Of a stretch of 46,151 nt of DNA, positions 28,409-37,952 are shown piece by piece (the stretch's first letter is position 1; every line of letters starts with the position of its first letter). The stretch comes from Candidatus Xenobia bacterium (GTDB lineage Bacteria > Vulcanimicrobiota > Xenobia > Xenobiales > QWHO01): positions 1 to 46,151 of the forward strand of contig BTUM01000065.1 of the NCBI GenBank assembly GCA_045863235.1, in the 5' to 3' direction. Below the pieces are notes generated by a model that saw only the letters and a program-made list of their open reading frames with translations, had not been told where the DNA came from and searched no databases. The translations under genes were made by a program, and so were the position numbers.

Positions 28409-29902
28409 ATGTCACTTCTTTTGTCCACTTATACCAGTCATGACCACCAGCAGATGCTACTCGAAGCAGCCCGGGCGGCTCGCACAATGGCTGAAAGCGA
28501 GTGGGAGCTTGGAGCCTGGTTGCTGGCCATCGATCGCACGCAAGCCTATAAATCCTCAGGTTTTCGCAGTACCCTTGGGTTTGCTATCGCCAGGCTTGAT
28601 CTCGAGCCCTCGAAGGCGAGCAACCTCCTGCGCATCATGAGGGTCCTGGAAGGCCTTCCGCACTTGAGTGAGGCCTTCCGAACCGGTCAAGTCGGCTATG
28701 CCAAGGTCCGTGAGATCACCCGTGTTGCCAAGCCGGACACCGAGCAGAGCTGGTTGGAGTATGCTCGCGACCATACCACCGACCAGGTGCGCCAGAAAGT
28801 GGTCTGCAGCCCGGCAGCCTTTGAGCGGCGCCTGCGGGCAGCTCGCAGTCAGGCGGACAACCTTTTTACGGAGAAAGTCACCGCCGTGCGACCAACTCCC
28901 GAGAACCGGTCCGACGGTTCCTCGGCGCTCAAGGCATGCTCGGCCGAGGAGGAGGCCCTCACAGGTGAGAACAGGGGCTCAACTGGCGTTGCCCACCAGG
29001 CGCAGCTCAGCTCCAGCACGTGCCAGGCACTCGTTTCACCGGGCGACACGAGCAAGGTGACACTGGATGCAGGTTCCTCGGGGCAAGCGAGCTCCGGCTC
29101 CGCTGCGCCGCCACGTGCTCGGCTGGCACTCTCACCGGGTCCGCCCGGAGCAGGCCCGGGGCACCCTGATCGCGGGGGCCAGGATCGAGTATGGAGCTCG
29201 GCGAGCGAACCCAGCCCGGAGCTCCCGACAGAGGACCTGTTCCCCCTCGAAGAAGACGGTCTGACAGCTCCTCGACGGGTGCGACTGGTGATCGAGCTCG
29301 AAGCAGAGGACTATGCCGAGTGGAGCGCCACGGTGGAAAGGCTCTCGCGCCAGCTCGGACGGAGGCTCGGGGCCCGCGAGGCAATGCTTGAGCTGTCCAG
29401 GCGTCATGTTGCCCACACCAGAGGAAGCTCTCTGAAGAAGAACCCGGTCGTTGTCCGCCTCGACCAGGACGGCCAGGGAGTCATCGAGAGCGACCGGGGA
29501 CCCCTGGCGATCTCTCCGGAGAGTACCCGGGACTATCTCAACAGGGCAAGCTCGCTGGCCCTGGGCGGACCAGAGGCTTCGGTCGTTCTTCTGGCCCCCA
29601 ACCCACGAGAGAAAGTGCCGCCCAGCCTGGTGCAGGCCCTGGTAGCCCGGGCGGGCGGTTGCTGCGAAGCCTGCTCGCGACGAGGTGTCCTGCACGTTCA
29701 CCACATACAGCCACGCTCCAGGGGAGGAACCAACTCCCTTCAGAACTTGCTCTTGCTCTGTCCAAGCTGTCACAGGCGACAGCACGACCGCGATTTCGTG
29801 CCCGGTAGCCCCTGGGACCGTGCCCGTGAACGTCGCCGGCGCAATCGAAAGTTGCGAAATCGCCAGCAGGCTCATCCAACCGGGTCCGAGTCGGTAGCCT
29901 GA
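28409..29902 (+). CDS. DUF222-like / HNH endonuclease
   Basis: N-terminal LEGLPHLSEAFRTGQVGYAKVREITRVA; C-terminal RAGGCCEAC...LHVHHIQPRSRGGTNSLQNLLLLCPSCHRRQH; codon use less GC-biased than neighbours. Confidence 0.88.
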   Translation: MSLLLSTYTSHDHQQMLLEAARAARTMAESEWELGAWLLAIDRTQAYKSSGFRSTLGFAIARLDLEPSKASNLLRIMRVLEGLPHLSEAFRTGQVGYAKVREITRVAKPDTEQSWLEYARDHTTDQVRQKVVCSPAAFERRLRAARSQADNLFTEKVTAVRPTPENRSDGSSALKACSAEEEALTGENRGSTGVAHQAQLSSSTCQALVSPGDTSKVTLDAGSSGQASSGSAAPPRARLALSPGPPGAGPGHPDRGGQDRVWSSASEPSPELPTEDLFPLEEDGLTAPRRVRLVIELEAEDYAEWSATVERLSRQLGRRLGAREAMLELSRRHVAHTRGSSLKKNPVVVRLDQDGQGVIESDRGPLAISPESTRDYLNRASSLALGGPEASVVLLAPNPREKVPPSLVQALVARAGGCCEACSRRGVLHVHHIQPRSRGGTNSLQNLLLLCPSCHRRQHDRDFVPGSPWDRARERRRRNRKLRNRQQAHPTGSESVA

Positions 29903-30000
29903 TGGTGCTGTGGGCGACCTGATCTCGAGTCTGGCCGAGGCTTCCAAAGTGCACGTTCGAAAGTGACGCGAGAGCAGGAATGGATGTGCTCAACAGGGGC

Positions 30001-30026
30001 TCCGGCGCGTTCGACAGATTGGGCTA
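30001..30026 (+). repeat. dispersed REP-like element, partial copy D
   Basis: TCCGGCGCGTTCGACAGATTGGGCTA vs TCCGGCGCGTTCGTCAGATTGTGCTA in copy C. Confidence 0.6.
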
Positions 30027-30105
30027 CAAGGCGCAAATTCGACAAGTTGCGAGTGAACCAGAGCGAGAAAACAACCAACGCAACCGGGCCACCGCCCACC
30101 GCCAC

Positions 30106-30338
30106 CCCCGGGGCATCTCCTGATCGATGAGATGCTGGGACGGCGAGAAGCCCCCCGACCCACCCGGGGCATCTTCTGATCGATGAGAGGCTTGGGACGG
30201 CGAGAGGCCCGCCGACCGGCGACCCGGGGCATCTTCTGATCGAATGAGAGGCTTGGTACGGCGAGAGGCTCGCCGACCGGCGACCCGGGACATCTTCTGA
30301 CCGATGAAAGGCTGGGAGGGCGAGAAGCCCGCCGACCC
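30106..30338. repeat. four ~57-61 bp tandem repeats
   Basis: CCCGGGGCATCTTCTGATCGATGAGAGGCTTGGGACGGCGAGAGGCCCGCCGACC x4. Confidence 0.9.
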
Positions 30339-30385
30339 TTGCGTCGAGAGGGGCCTTCCCCGTTTTTCCAGAAATTGAACTCCTG

Positions 30386-30835
30386 ATGTCAGGGCGATTG
30401 TGGACCATCCTGGGCCTCGTGCTCCTGGCGACCGCGGGTGCCGTCTACCTGAGCGATGAGCCAAGAATGGCTCCTCTGCTCGGGATGTGTGGCCTGCTGG
30501 CACTGGGCGGGGCCCACAGCGCTTCCCGGGCGCGGGCGCGGGTCCGGACCGAGAAGGCTCAAGCTCCCAGGTCCTCGTCCGGAGGGTGCTCCGCCTGCGG
30601 ACAGAGCGTGCCAACGGCGCTCTGCCACTACCACGCCCTGGTCAATTGCGTTGTCGTGGGCTGGGAATGGGGCCAGGAGAAGCCGTTGTGCCGTCCTTGC
30701 GTCCACAAGCAGTTCTGGACTTCTCAACTGGTGACCCTGCTGTTCGGCTGGTGGAGCCTGAGCGGGTTGTTCATCGCCCCGGCCTACCTCCTCAGCAACA
30801 TCGAGCAGTATCTCCGCGGAGTGCGCCGCTTCTGA
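30386..30835 (+). CDS. membrane protein with Cys-pair (Zn-finger-like) motifs
   Basis: Two N-terminal TMs, CSACG...LCRPC, C-terminal TLLFGWWSLSGLFIAP. Confidence 0.75.
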   Translation: MSGRLWTILGLVLLATAGAVYLSDEPRMAPLLGMCGLLALGGAHSASRARARVRTEKAQAPRSSSGGCSACGQSVPTALCHYHALVNCVVVGWEWGQEKPLCRPCVHKQFWTSQLVTLLFGWWSLSGLFIAPAYLLSNIEQYLRGVRRF

Positions 30836-31388
30836 CCCTGCAACCTCACGACCGGCTGCAAGGGCCGGCTCCGGTCGACTCGGTGACCCTTTCTCAGCAC
30901 TCAAGCCAGCTCGATGTGCCCTTACTGCGCCAGGGCTCCGGCGCCGATGGTCAGGGTCCGGGCACACCAGGCCAACGTCCAGGGCGAATCGAGTGGACGA
31001 GCGGACGAGCGCCCGTTGCCGCGGTCAAGCCTGCCTGACCGGCCAGCCGAACCCGAGGTCATCACGGAACCTTGCATCTCCGTCCCCCTGCGACAGTCTG
31101 GGAATGCCCCGGTGAGGGCTGCGCGCCAAGGCAGCCGTGGCCAGGCTGAATCCTGTTGCTGGTCGTCGATACGCACCCGATTCGCTCGCGACGCTCCGAG
31201 TTTCAGGTGTCCACGGCAACGAACAGCGCGGCTCGGATGGAGCCATCGGCAATCCTGGTCTGGAGCCTTCCGCGGTAAAGCCTGTTAACAGGTCGGCAAG
31301 AAAGGTCACAAACTGGCAAAGAAGGCCCCCCTGACCGGGTAGGGGGCGCAGCGCTATCCTGAAGCCAGACGAGCGATCGGGAGGACCC

Positions 31389-32237
31389 ATGGATCCACTC
31401 TTAGCCCTGCAAGCTGCCAGCGGACTCAATGCCGGAGGGTGCTGCGCGTGCAGTGGGCCGATGATGGGCAACCTGGGCGCAGCCCAGAATCGGCTGATGA
31501 TGAACCCCATGGCGCCCATGGCCGGCATGGATCCATTGATGCAGATGATGAACCAGCAGATGATGCTGACCCAGTATCTGTTCGGCCTGCTGATGGGCTT
31601 GATGCTGGGCCGGATGGGCGGCAACGGCATGATGCCCGGGATGGAGGGCCTGCTCGGCGGAGGCCCGCTCGGCGGGGTCGGCGGCGGTGGCGGTCCCCTG
31701 GGTGGGGGCGGCTCGGTAGGCGGCGGGGGGGGAGTCAACACGGGGGGTGGCGGAGCTCCCATCCCCACCGGCCCGGTGGCGCCGGGCGTCGAGGGCATGC
31801 TCGACAAGGCCCGCTCCATGATCGGGATGCACGAAAACCGCGACACCTCGGCCATCCAGTCGGTCACTGGCAAGAGCGGAATCAACCCCGCCTCCACCCC
31901 CTGGTGCGCCGCCTGGGCCATGAATTTGCTCAAGGATCACGGGGTACTCAACCTGGACGGGCTCTCCAACCGCAACTACTGCCCCACCATCAAGAGCTGG
32001 GCCCAGAACAAGGGCATCTGGGGCAACCGCGGACAGTACAATCCCAAGCCCGGCGACGCCATCCTGTTCGACTGGCAGGGCGACGGCACAGTGGACCACA
32101 TCGGCATCGTGGAGAGCGTGAACGGCGGCAAGGTGACCACCATCGAGGGGAACTCCTCCGACTCGGTCAAGCGCAACTCTTACGACATCGGCTCGAGCAA
32201 GATCAGCGGCTACGTGATCACGGGCACGGGCAAGTAA
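31389..32237 (+). CDS. CHAP-domain amidase with Met/Gly-rich N-terminus
   Basis: PWCAAWA, PKPGDAILFDW, DHIGIVESV, TIEGNS; GGAGG RBS; no Sec signal. Confidence 0.9.
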   Translation: MDPLLALQAASGLNAGGCCACSGPMMGNLGAAQNRLMMNPMAPMAGMDPLMQMMNQQMMLTQYLFGLLMGLMLGRMGGNGMMPGMEGLLGGGPLGGVGGGGGPLGGGGSVGGGGGVNTGGGGAPIPTGPVAPGVEGMLDKARSMIGMHENRDTSAIQSVTGKSGINPASTPWCAAWAMNLLKDHGVLNLDGLSNRNYCPTIKSWAQNKGIWGNRGQYNPKPGDAILFDWQGDGTVDHIGIVESVNGGKVTTIEGNSSDSVKRNSYDIGSSKISGYVITGTGK

Positions 32238-32403
32238 GAACTCGAGCGAGCCACAGATTGAAGTGCAAGGCCTTTGTCTTTTTGCAGCGCGCCGGAACTT
32301 CGTTCCAGAGCGCTCGTCAGATTGCGATGCCAATGTGCAAACCACAGTGCGAGCACATTCACTAGCAAGCTGCTACGTGATCACGGGCACGGGCAAGTAA
32401 GAA
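32209..32403 (+). repeat. 32-bp direct repeat (CHAP gene 3' end) flanking REP-like copy B (32259-32359)
   Basis: GCTACGTGATCACGGGCACGGGCAAGTAAGAA at 32209-32240 and 32372-32403. Confidence 0.9.
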
Positions 32404-32453
32404 ACTCGTTGCACGTTGGCAGGAATTCGCGCCGACAGACCTGTCTTGGGGCG

Positions 32454-33092
32454 TCAACCTGGGACGGAGACAATCCCCCCCGCCAGCCCCACGGCCACTC
32501 CGAGGGCGACGCTGAGAAGAGCCGCCTTTTCTGGCGCCATGGCGCTGTGGGTCAGATCCTGCTTCTTCACCAGCCCCACCGGGCGGTGCTCGATGGTGGG
32601 CAGAGCGTAGTGCAGCCGCCCCTTCCCTTTGGTGTAAGGCTCGTCAAGCGTGCCCCGGCGGTAGCCGGTCATCACCGGCAGGCTCACCTTCTCCTCGCGC
32701 GTGACCACGCTGACCGAATCGTGGCGGGCGCTCCAGCCTCCCAGCGCGCCGCCCAGGGCCAGAGCCGTCAGGCCGGCCGTGAGAGCCCCCGGCAGCCCGC
32801 CCGTCAGCCCCCCGACGGTGGCCGCCGTGGCGGCGCCCAGGAGCCCGCAACCGAGGGCTCGACGACCGGGTGCATAGGGCTCTGCCTCCACCTGCTCGAT
32901 GCTGCGCAGAATCTTTATGCCTCCCCCTGCGTCAAGTTCGGGCGCCAGCTCGTAGACATCGGTCTGGCCGTTGTCAGCCGGAGGTACGTTGGGCACGAAG
33001 GGGCGATCCTTGACGTAGGCATCGGCGGGGATGCGGCCGAGCAATTGACGGCTCATTACGGGGCTTTCCTGCGTGAGGGTGTAGGTGGCCAC
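32454..33092 (-). CDS. hypothetical membrane protein with Gly-zipper
   Basis: 212 aa; TACACT 6 nt before GTG (leaderless-like). Confidence 0.65.
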   Translation of the reverse strand: MATYTLTQESPVMSRQLLGRIPADAYVKDRPFVPNVPPADNGQTDVYELAPELDAGGGIKILRSIEQVEAEPYAPGRRALGCGLLGAATAATVGGLTGGLPGALTAGLTALALGGALGGWSARHDSVSVVTREEKVSLPVMTGYRRGTLDEPYTKGKGRLHYALPTIEHRPVGLVKKQDLTHSAMAPEKAALLSVALGVAVGLAGGIVSVPG

Positions 33093-33141
33093 GAAGACAG
33101 TGTAGCGGCACGATGCAGGGGAGAGTTTAGAGGATTGTTAC

Positions 33142-33609
33142 CTATTGCACCACAGGCATCTTGCCGCTCTCCTGGAGCACCCGGCCGATGGAGGGCGTGG
33201 ACCCGTTCACGACCAGCAGACGAAGGCGCGGCACCGGACCTTGCTCGCTGTAGAGAAAGCCGTCCTCATCCAGCTCGAGAGTGTCGGATGCGGGAATGTC
33301 GCCATAGGTGTTGACCAGGAAAGTGCCCGGGGGCAGCTTGACCACCTGCTCGTCGGCCGCAAACTGGGTGTACGGGCCGCCTCGGGGGCGGAAGCGCAGC
33401 GTCACCCGGGCCCTCGGGGTGGTGGCCGCCTTGAGCTGCGCCTCCTTACGAGCCGCCGCCAGGCTGCGCGAGACCACTTCCGCCTGGGGAGTCACGTGCA
33501 CGTGATAGGGCAGGTCGATACGGGTCACCATCAGGTAGAGCACCAGGCCGGTGATCCAGAGCGCGAGCACGATCTGAAGAGGAGAGAGGGGAGGGCGCTC
33601 ACGCAGCAT
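33142..33609 (-). CDS. hypothetical protein, N-terminal TM
   Basis: 155 aa ORF with coding-like codon use. Confidence 0.6.
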   Translation of the reverse strand: MLRERPPLSPLQIVLALWITGLVLYLMVTRIDLPYHVHVTPQAEVVSRSLAAARKEAQLKAATTPRARVTLRFRPRGGPYTQFAADEQVVKLPPGTFLVNTYGDIPASDTLELDEDGFLYSEQGPVPRLRLLVVNGSTPSIGRVLQESGKMPVVQ

Positions 33610-33668
33610 CCCCGAGGATTTCCCGGATCCCGCTTGCCGACCCTGCAGGCCGGTGGGATAATAGGCGC

Positions 33669-33905
33669 GTGCTGGACCCCGAATCCCCCCTGCCCGAGCA
33701 TCTACAAGGCCTGAGCTTCGAAGAGCTGGCCAACCTGGCCGACGCCTGGGCCGACATGGGCGACAAGCACAACTGGACCGAGGACACCCGCCGCGAGGCC
33801 CGCGAGATGGCCAGAAAGCTGCGCGAGCAGGCGGCCCGGATGCGCGCCATCATGCTGCTGCGAGCGGCCCGCGAGGCCTTCGACAGCCCGCCCCGGGAGA
33901 CCTGA
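33669..33905 (+). CDS. small hypothetical protein
   Basis: 78 aa; GATAAT 6 nt before GTG; TGATG-coupled to the next gene. Confidence 0.7.
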   Translation: MLDPESPLPEHLQGLSFEELANLADAWADMGDKHNWTEDTRREAREMARKLREQAARMRAIMLLRAAREAFDSPPRET

Positions 33906-34663
33906 TGAGCTTGCTGCTGTATTCCGAGTCAGCTGGACTGGGAGAGCTGCGTTTCAACGATCCCGAGCGGCTCAACGCCATGGGCGAGGAGATGGCCGCA
34001 GCCATGCGCGAGATGCTGCTCGTGCTACGCTCGGCCCCACCCCGGGCCCTGATCCTGTGTGGCCAGGGCCGCGCCTTCTCGGCTGGCGGCGACCTGACCA
34101 TGCTCGAGCGCAAGCGTTCTCTGGGTCGAGAAGAGAATCGCCGTCTGATGCTGGAGTTCTACGCCTCCTTCCTGGGCCTGCTCGAGCTCGAGGTGCCTCT
34201 GATCGCGGCCCTGCACGGCCACGCCGTGGGGGCGGGAATGGTGCTGGCCACGGCCTGCGACCTGCGGGTAGCCGATCCCGAAGCTCGCTTCTCCTTCCCC
34301 TTCGCCCGCCTGGGCCTGCACCCGGGCATGGGATCCACCTTCTTCCTGCCGCGCCTGGTGGGCCCGGGAGCCGCCCGGGAGCTCTTGTTGACGGGCGCCA
34401 TGGTGGATTCGGCTCGAGCGCTGTCGATGGGCCTGATCAACCAGGTCTCCGAGCCCGGCAAGGTGTTGGAGCTGGCTCGCGGTGTGGCTGGGGCCATCCT
34501 GAAGGGGGCACCCGAGGCGGTGCGCGATACCCTCATCACCCTGCGCGGACCGCGCGAGGAGCTGACCCGGGCGCTGGAGCGCGAAGCCGCCTGCCAGGCC
34601 GACAGCTACGCCCGCCCCGAGTTCGCGGAAGGCCTCCGGGCAGCCCTGGAGAAGCGGTCCTGA
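33905..34663 (+). CDS. enoyl-CoA hydratase/isomerase family
   Basis: PERLNAM, GRAFSAGGDL, IAALHGHAVGAG, LGLHPGMG. Confidence 0.93.
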   Translation: MSLLLYSESAGLGELRFNDPERLNAMGEEMAAAMREMLLVLRSAPPRALILCGQGRAFSAGGDLTMLERKRSLGREENRRLMLEFYASFLGLLELEVPLIAALHGHAVGAGMVLATACDLRVADPEARFSFPFARLGLHPGMGSTFFLPRLVGPGAARELLLTGAMVDSARALSMGLINQVSEPGKVLELARGVAGAILKGAPEAVRDTLITLRGPREELTRALEREAACQADSYARPEFAEGLRAALEKRS

Positions 34664-34687
34664 GCTTACTGTTCTCGAGGAGGCCCT

Positions 34688-35230
34688 ATGAAGTTCCGCT
34701 CTGTGATCCTGGCTGGAGCCGCCATGTTGACCCTGCTCGGAGGCGTGCGCGCCGACGAAGGCGACTGGGCGGTGGCGGTCGTGCATCCCACTGCCGGTCA
34801 GAAGGCGGAGGGGGTGGTGTGGTTCATCCAGAGCGGCGATAGCGTGAAGATGGTCGCCGACATCGAGGGCCTGACCCCGAATTCCAGGCACGGATTCCAC
34901 ATTCACGAGTGGGGCGATTGCACCGACCCGGCTGCCAAGAGCGCCGGCTCGCATTTCAACCCCGATGGCCACCAGCACGCTGGCCCCAGCGCCGAAATGC
35001 ACCACGCCGGCGATCTGGGCAACCTGGAGGCCGACGACCAGGGCAAGGCCCACCTGGAGCTGGTGCTGCACGACGTGACCGTGCGTGGGGGCAAGAATCC
35101 CATCCTGGGTCGCTCGGTCATCGTGCACGCCAAAGCCGACGACCTCAAGACCCAGCCCACCGGAGACTCGGGCGACCGCATCGGCTGCGGCGTGATCGGA
35201 TTGGCCCAGCCTCGCAAGTCGAGCCCGTGA
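34688..35230 (+). CDS. sodC: Cu/Zn superoxide dismutase, exported
   Basis: HGFHIHE.GDC, SAGSHFNP, HAGDLGNL, GRSVIVHA..DD, RIGCGVI; signal peptide. Confidence 0.95.
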   Translation: MKFRSVILAGAAMLTLLGGVRADEGDWAVAVVHPTAGQKAEGVVWFIQSGDSVKMVADIEGLTPNSRHGFHIHEWGDCTDPAAKSAGSHFNPDGHQHAGPSAEMHHAGDLGNLEADDQGKAHLELVLHDVTVRGGKNPILGRSVIVHAKADDLKTQPTGDSGDRIGCGVIGLAQPRKSSP

Positions 35231-35625
35231 TCTACTGGCTCTTGTTGCTGGCCCTGCTGGGGTGCACGCCCTCGGCCCCGGCCCCGCCTTCCGTTTCTGT
35301 GGAAGAGCAGCAGGCGGTGGCCACCGCCCGCCAGCGCCTGCCCGAGTTCCGGTCCGCCTTTCAAAGCCGGCAGCCCGGGCACAGTTACCTGGTCAAAGTG
35401 CCCTTCACGCAGGGGCAGTTCACCGAGCTGATGTGGGTTCGGGTCGAAGAGCTGAACGAGCGCTCGTTGCGCGGCACGCTGGAGAACGCCCCGGTGGAGG
35501 TGCGCACGGCGCAGCAGGGGCAATCGGTGACGGTCGAGCTCGATCAGGTGGAGGACTGGCTGGTTCAGGACGCCACCGGCAAGCAGGTGGCCGGCGGGTT
35601 CACGCTGGAGCTCTTGCAGGAGTGA
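35227..35625 (+). CDS. DUF2314-family putative lipoprotein
   Basis: LLLLALLGC lipobox; A..TARQRLPEF, VKVPF, ELMWV, GTLENAP, VEDW, GGFT; GTGA overlap with sodC. Confidence 0.8.
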   Translation: MIYWLLLLALLGCTPSAPAPPSVSVEEQQAVATARQRLPEFRSAFQSRQPGHSYLVKVPFTQGQFTELMWVRVEELNERSLRGTLENAPVEVRTAQQGQSVTVELDQVEDWLVQDATGKQVAGGFTLELLQE

Positions 35626-35650
35626 GCGGACTGATCGGGCGGTGCGAGGG

Positions 35651-35825
35651 TTCTGGGCGAGGACCTGGTCGAGGCCGGGCTGATGTCTGGCTCGAGGGCT
35701 GGCCGTTCTGGGCGGCCTGATGCGAGACTTCTGGGCGGGGGCCAGTTGTTCTGGGCGGGGCTGGGCAGCCTGACGCGAAGCTTCTGGGCGGGGGCTCATC
35801 GTTCTGGGCAAGGCTGATGCGAGGC
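35651..35825. repeat. degenerate TTCTGGGC repeat cluster
   Basis: TTCTGGGC at 35651, 35706, 35729, 35749, 35782 and 35802, between convergent genes. Confidence 0.6.
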
Positions 35826-35844
35826 TCCCTCGCGGCGCAGACCC

Positions 35845-36774
35845 TCAGGTCAGCTGGCGTAGCAGGTCGGGCAGCAGGGCCTCGTGATCGGCCACCAGCT
35901 TCGGGTCGGCCGTCTTCCAGGGTCCCACGACCAGGAGGTGATCCAGCCCCAGCGCCAGGAGTGCGCGCAGGCGGTCGAGGCAGTGCTGAGGCTCCCCTAC
36001 CACGGCGAAGCGCTCCACGAAGTCGTCCGGCAGCGGCAGGGGAGCCTGACCGGCCCGATAAGCCAGGCCGGCGCGGTCGAGCAACTGGCAGTCCTCCGGG
36101 CTGAGCAGACCCGGTACCCGCCGGGCCGCCCCCGCGAACTGGGCAAAGAGCGAGACGTTCCCTCGCACCAGCTCTCGCCCCCCCGCGCCCAGGCCCAGCA
36201 GTACGACCAGTCCCACCGGGGTCGAGCCCGCCAGCTTCTGACCCCAAGACACCCAGGCCGGCTCAGCCCCCACCGCCAGCGTGAGCTGCTCGGCGCAGGC
36301 CGCCCCCACTGCAATGGCGCGCGGTCCCGAGGCAAAAAGCGAGAGGGGGACCTTGCGCCGACCCGCCAGCCAGACGATCGGGCTCGGGCCCACCGTCTCC
36401 CCTCGCAGGTAGGCCTGCAGCTCTTTCAGCGCAGCCTCAAAGGCGTCCAGCGGCCTGGGCTTGATGCCCAGCCTGGTGATGGCCGTATCGCCCCGTCCCA
36501 CCCCCAGCAGCGCGCGCCCCTGGGAAACCTCGTCCAGGGTCGCGATCGAGCAGGCCGTCACGGCGGGATGGCGCGTCTCGATGTTGGTGGCGGCTGTGCC
36601 CAGAGTGAGCTTCTGGCTGCACCGCGCCGCCAGCGTGAGCGAGGCGTAGGGGTCTGACTGCAGGTTCTGACTGTCCGAGAGCATCAGGCCATCAAAGCCC
36701 AACTGCTCGGTCTGGCGCGCCAGCGCTTCGACCTCGTCGATCTGGGTGAACGCAAATCGGTAGATGGCAGGCAT
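35845..36774 (-). CDS. LLM class flavin-dependent oxidoreductase
   Basis: GFDG..LSDSQ, DPY, LGTAATN..TRHPAVTA..IATLDEVSQGRALLGVGRGD. Confidence 0.9.
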   Translation of the reverse strand: MPAIYRFAFTQIDEVEALARQTEQLGFDGLMLSDSQNLQSDPYASLTLAARCSQKLTLGTAATNIETRHPAVTACSIATLDEVSQGRALLGVGRGDTAITRLGIKPRPLDAFEAALKELQAYLRGETVGPSPIVWLAGRRKVPLSLFASGPRAIAVGAACAEQLTLAVGAEPAWVSWGQKLAGSTPVGLVVLLGLGAGGRELVRGNVSLFAQFAGAARRVPGLLSPEDCQLLDRAGLAYRAGQAPLPLPDDFVERFAVVGEPQHCLDRLRALLALGLDHLLVVGPWKTADPKLVADHEALLPDLLRQLT

Positions 36775-37082
36775 GGTCGTGCCTTCTGGCCGCGACCAGG
36801 GTAGGCCTGCGTGGGCTCTCGCGAGAGACGAGCATTTGCCTGTCTCGCGGCTCACGGTAGTTCGTTCCCTTTCAACGCGGAACTTCTCGGAGGGCGCGGA
36901 GAGATTCTGTCCGGGCCGAGCGAGCAGGAGCGCGAGGTCTTAATGGCGGCCTGCCAGCCCTACGCGGAATACCGGTGAGTGCGCTCGGGGGCTTTAGTAC
37001 CGGGTGAAAAGCACGCCCCGTTAGACCGGCTCGGCCTCCAACATGACTATCGATCCGATCAGGTCAAGGGCTCGAGAGGGCC

Positions 37083-37472
37083 TCAGTAATACTCGCCGTC
37101 GTCCCCGCGCACCCGGGCTCCGAGGCATTGAGCCAGCTGTTTCGAGAGCACCATCAGCGGATCGTGCTCTCCCGAGGGCTGAAAACTGGCGCGCCCTTGG
37201 AAAAAGTAGAATGCCGGCAGCCACTTCTTCTGAGTTACATCGTAATACTCGGTATCGCCTGGTCTGCAACCCACACGGAGAACTTGGTCTGTGCTCGGAT
37301 TCCGGTCCACCCAGTCGCCGCTCTTGAGTCTGAGTCCCTTGAGTTGGCCCACCGCGGTCCTCCACTCGGCCAGTGGGATTGGGACATCCTTACCGATCTT
37401 CTCGCGAACGATGTGGAGCTCGTACCCGGCCCTGGCGGTCGCAGCCAGCAGCAGCAACAACAATGGTATCAA
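37083..37472 (-). CDS. hypothetical exported protein
   Basis: TTG start after AGGAAGG gives MIPLLLLLLAATARA|GYELHI...LGARVRGDDGEYY; start uncertain. Confidence 0.6.
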   Translation of the reverse strand: MIPLLLLLLAATARAGYELHIVREKIGKDVPIPLAEWRTAVGQLKGLRLKSGDWVDRNPSTDQVLRVGCRPGDTEYYDVTQKKWLPAFYFFQGRASFQPSGEHDPLMVLSKQLAQCLGARVRGDDGEYY

Positions 37473-37927
37473 GCAGGCCTTCCTGACTTGAGCAGCCGGT
37501 CGGTCGAGGCGGCCATACAGTCCATTCAGGCGACAGAATGTGGTCAGCAGCATCAGGGACGAGATTGCATTGATCTCCGGATTTACAGCCTGGGTCGTCA
37601 TCGAGGCCGGCGGCTCGGGCCGATGCCGCCGATACCCACACGTTCTTCTCTATTGTAGTCGTAATCCTCCCGGTCCGTTCGCCCGGTCTTGAGAGAGGGG
37701 GGGTAGAGATGGCCTGGCTCGACAATAGGGCGATGGGCGGATGAGGAGAAGTCGAGCGAGCCTTGAGCTGGTGAAGCTTCTGAAAGCGCTGAGGGGGGCC
37801 GCCTCCCAGACTGCCCGAGCCCCTGGGGCTGACGTCTCCCTTGACGGCCCGGTTGGTGAGGTTTGGGGCGCGCGAGCACCGGGCGTGGACAGCTACTGGT
37901 TCCCTGCTCCCAGGAGGCTCTGGCAGT

Positions 37928-37952
37928 CATGCTGTAGAACCTATACAGCATG
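37928..37952. promoter_or_regulatory. inverted repeat, likely TA operator
   Basis: CATGCTGTA-N7-TACAGCATG overlapping the antitoxin start. Confidence 0.6.

Noticed and set aside
30106..30338. CRISPR array
   Set aside because: Units are similar along their whole length, with no unique spacers and no cas genes
30833..31330. Gene in the gap before the CHAP gene (PAPVDSVTLS resembles the leader motif)
   Set aside because: No convincing start or sustained frame; at most a decayed remnant
33142..33609. Flagellar rod/hook homolog (LELDEDGFLYSEQG)
   Set aside because: The similarity is one short patch; the N-terminal TM and length do not fit
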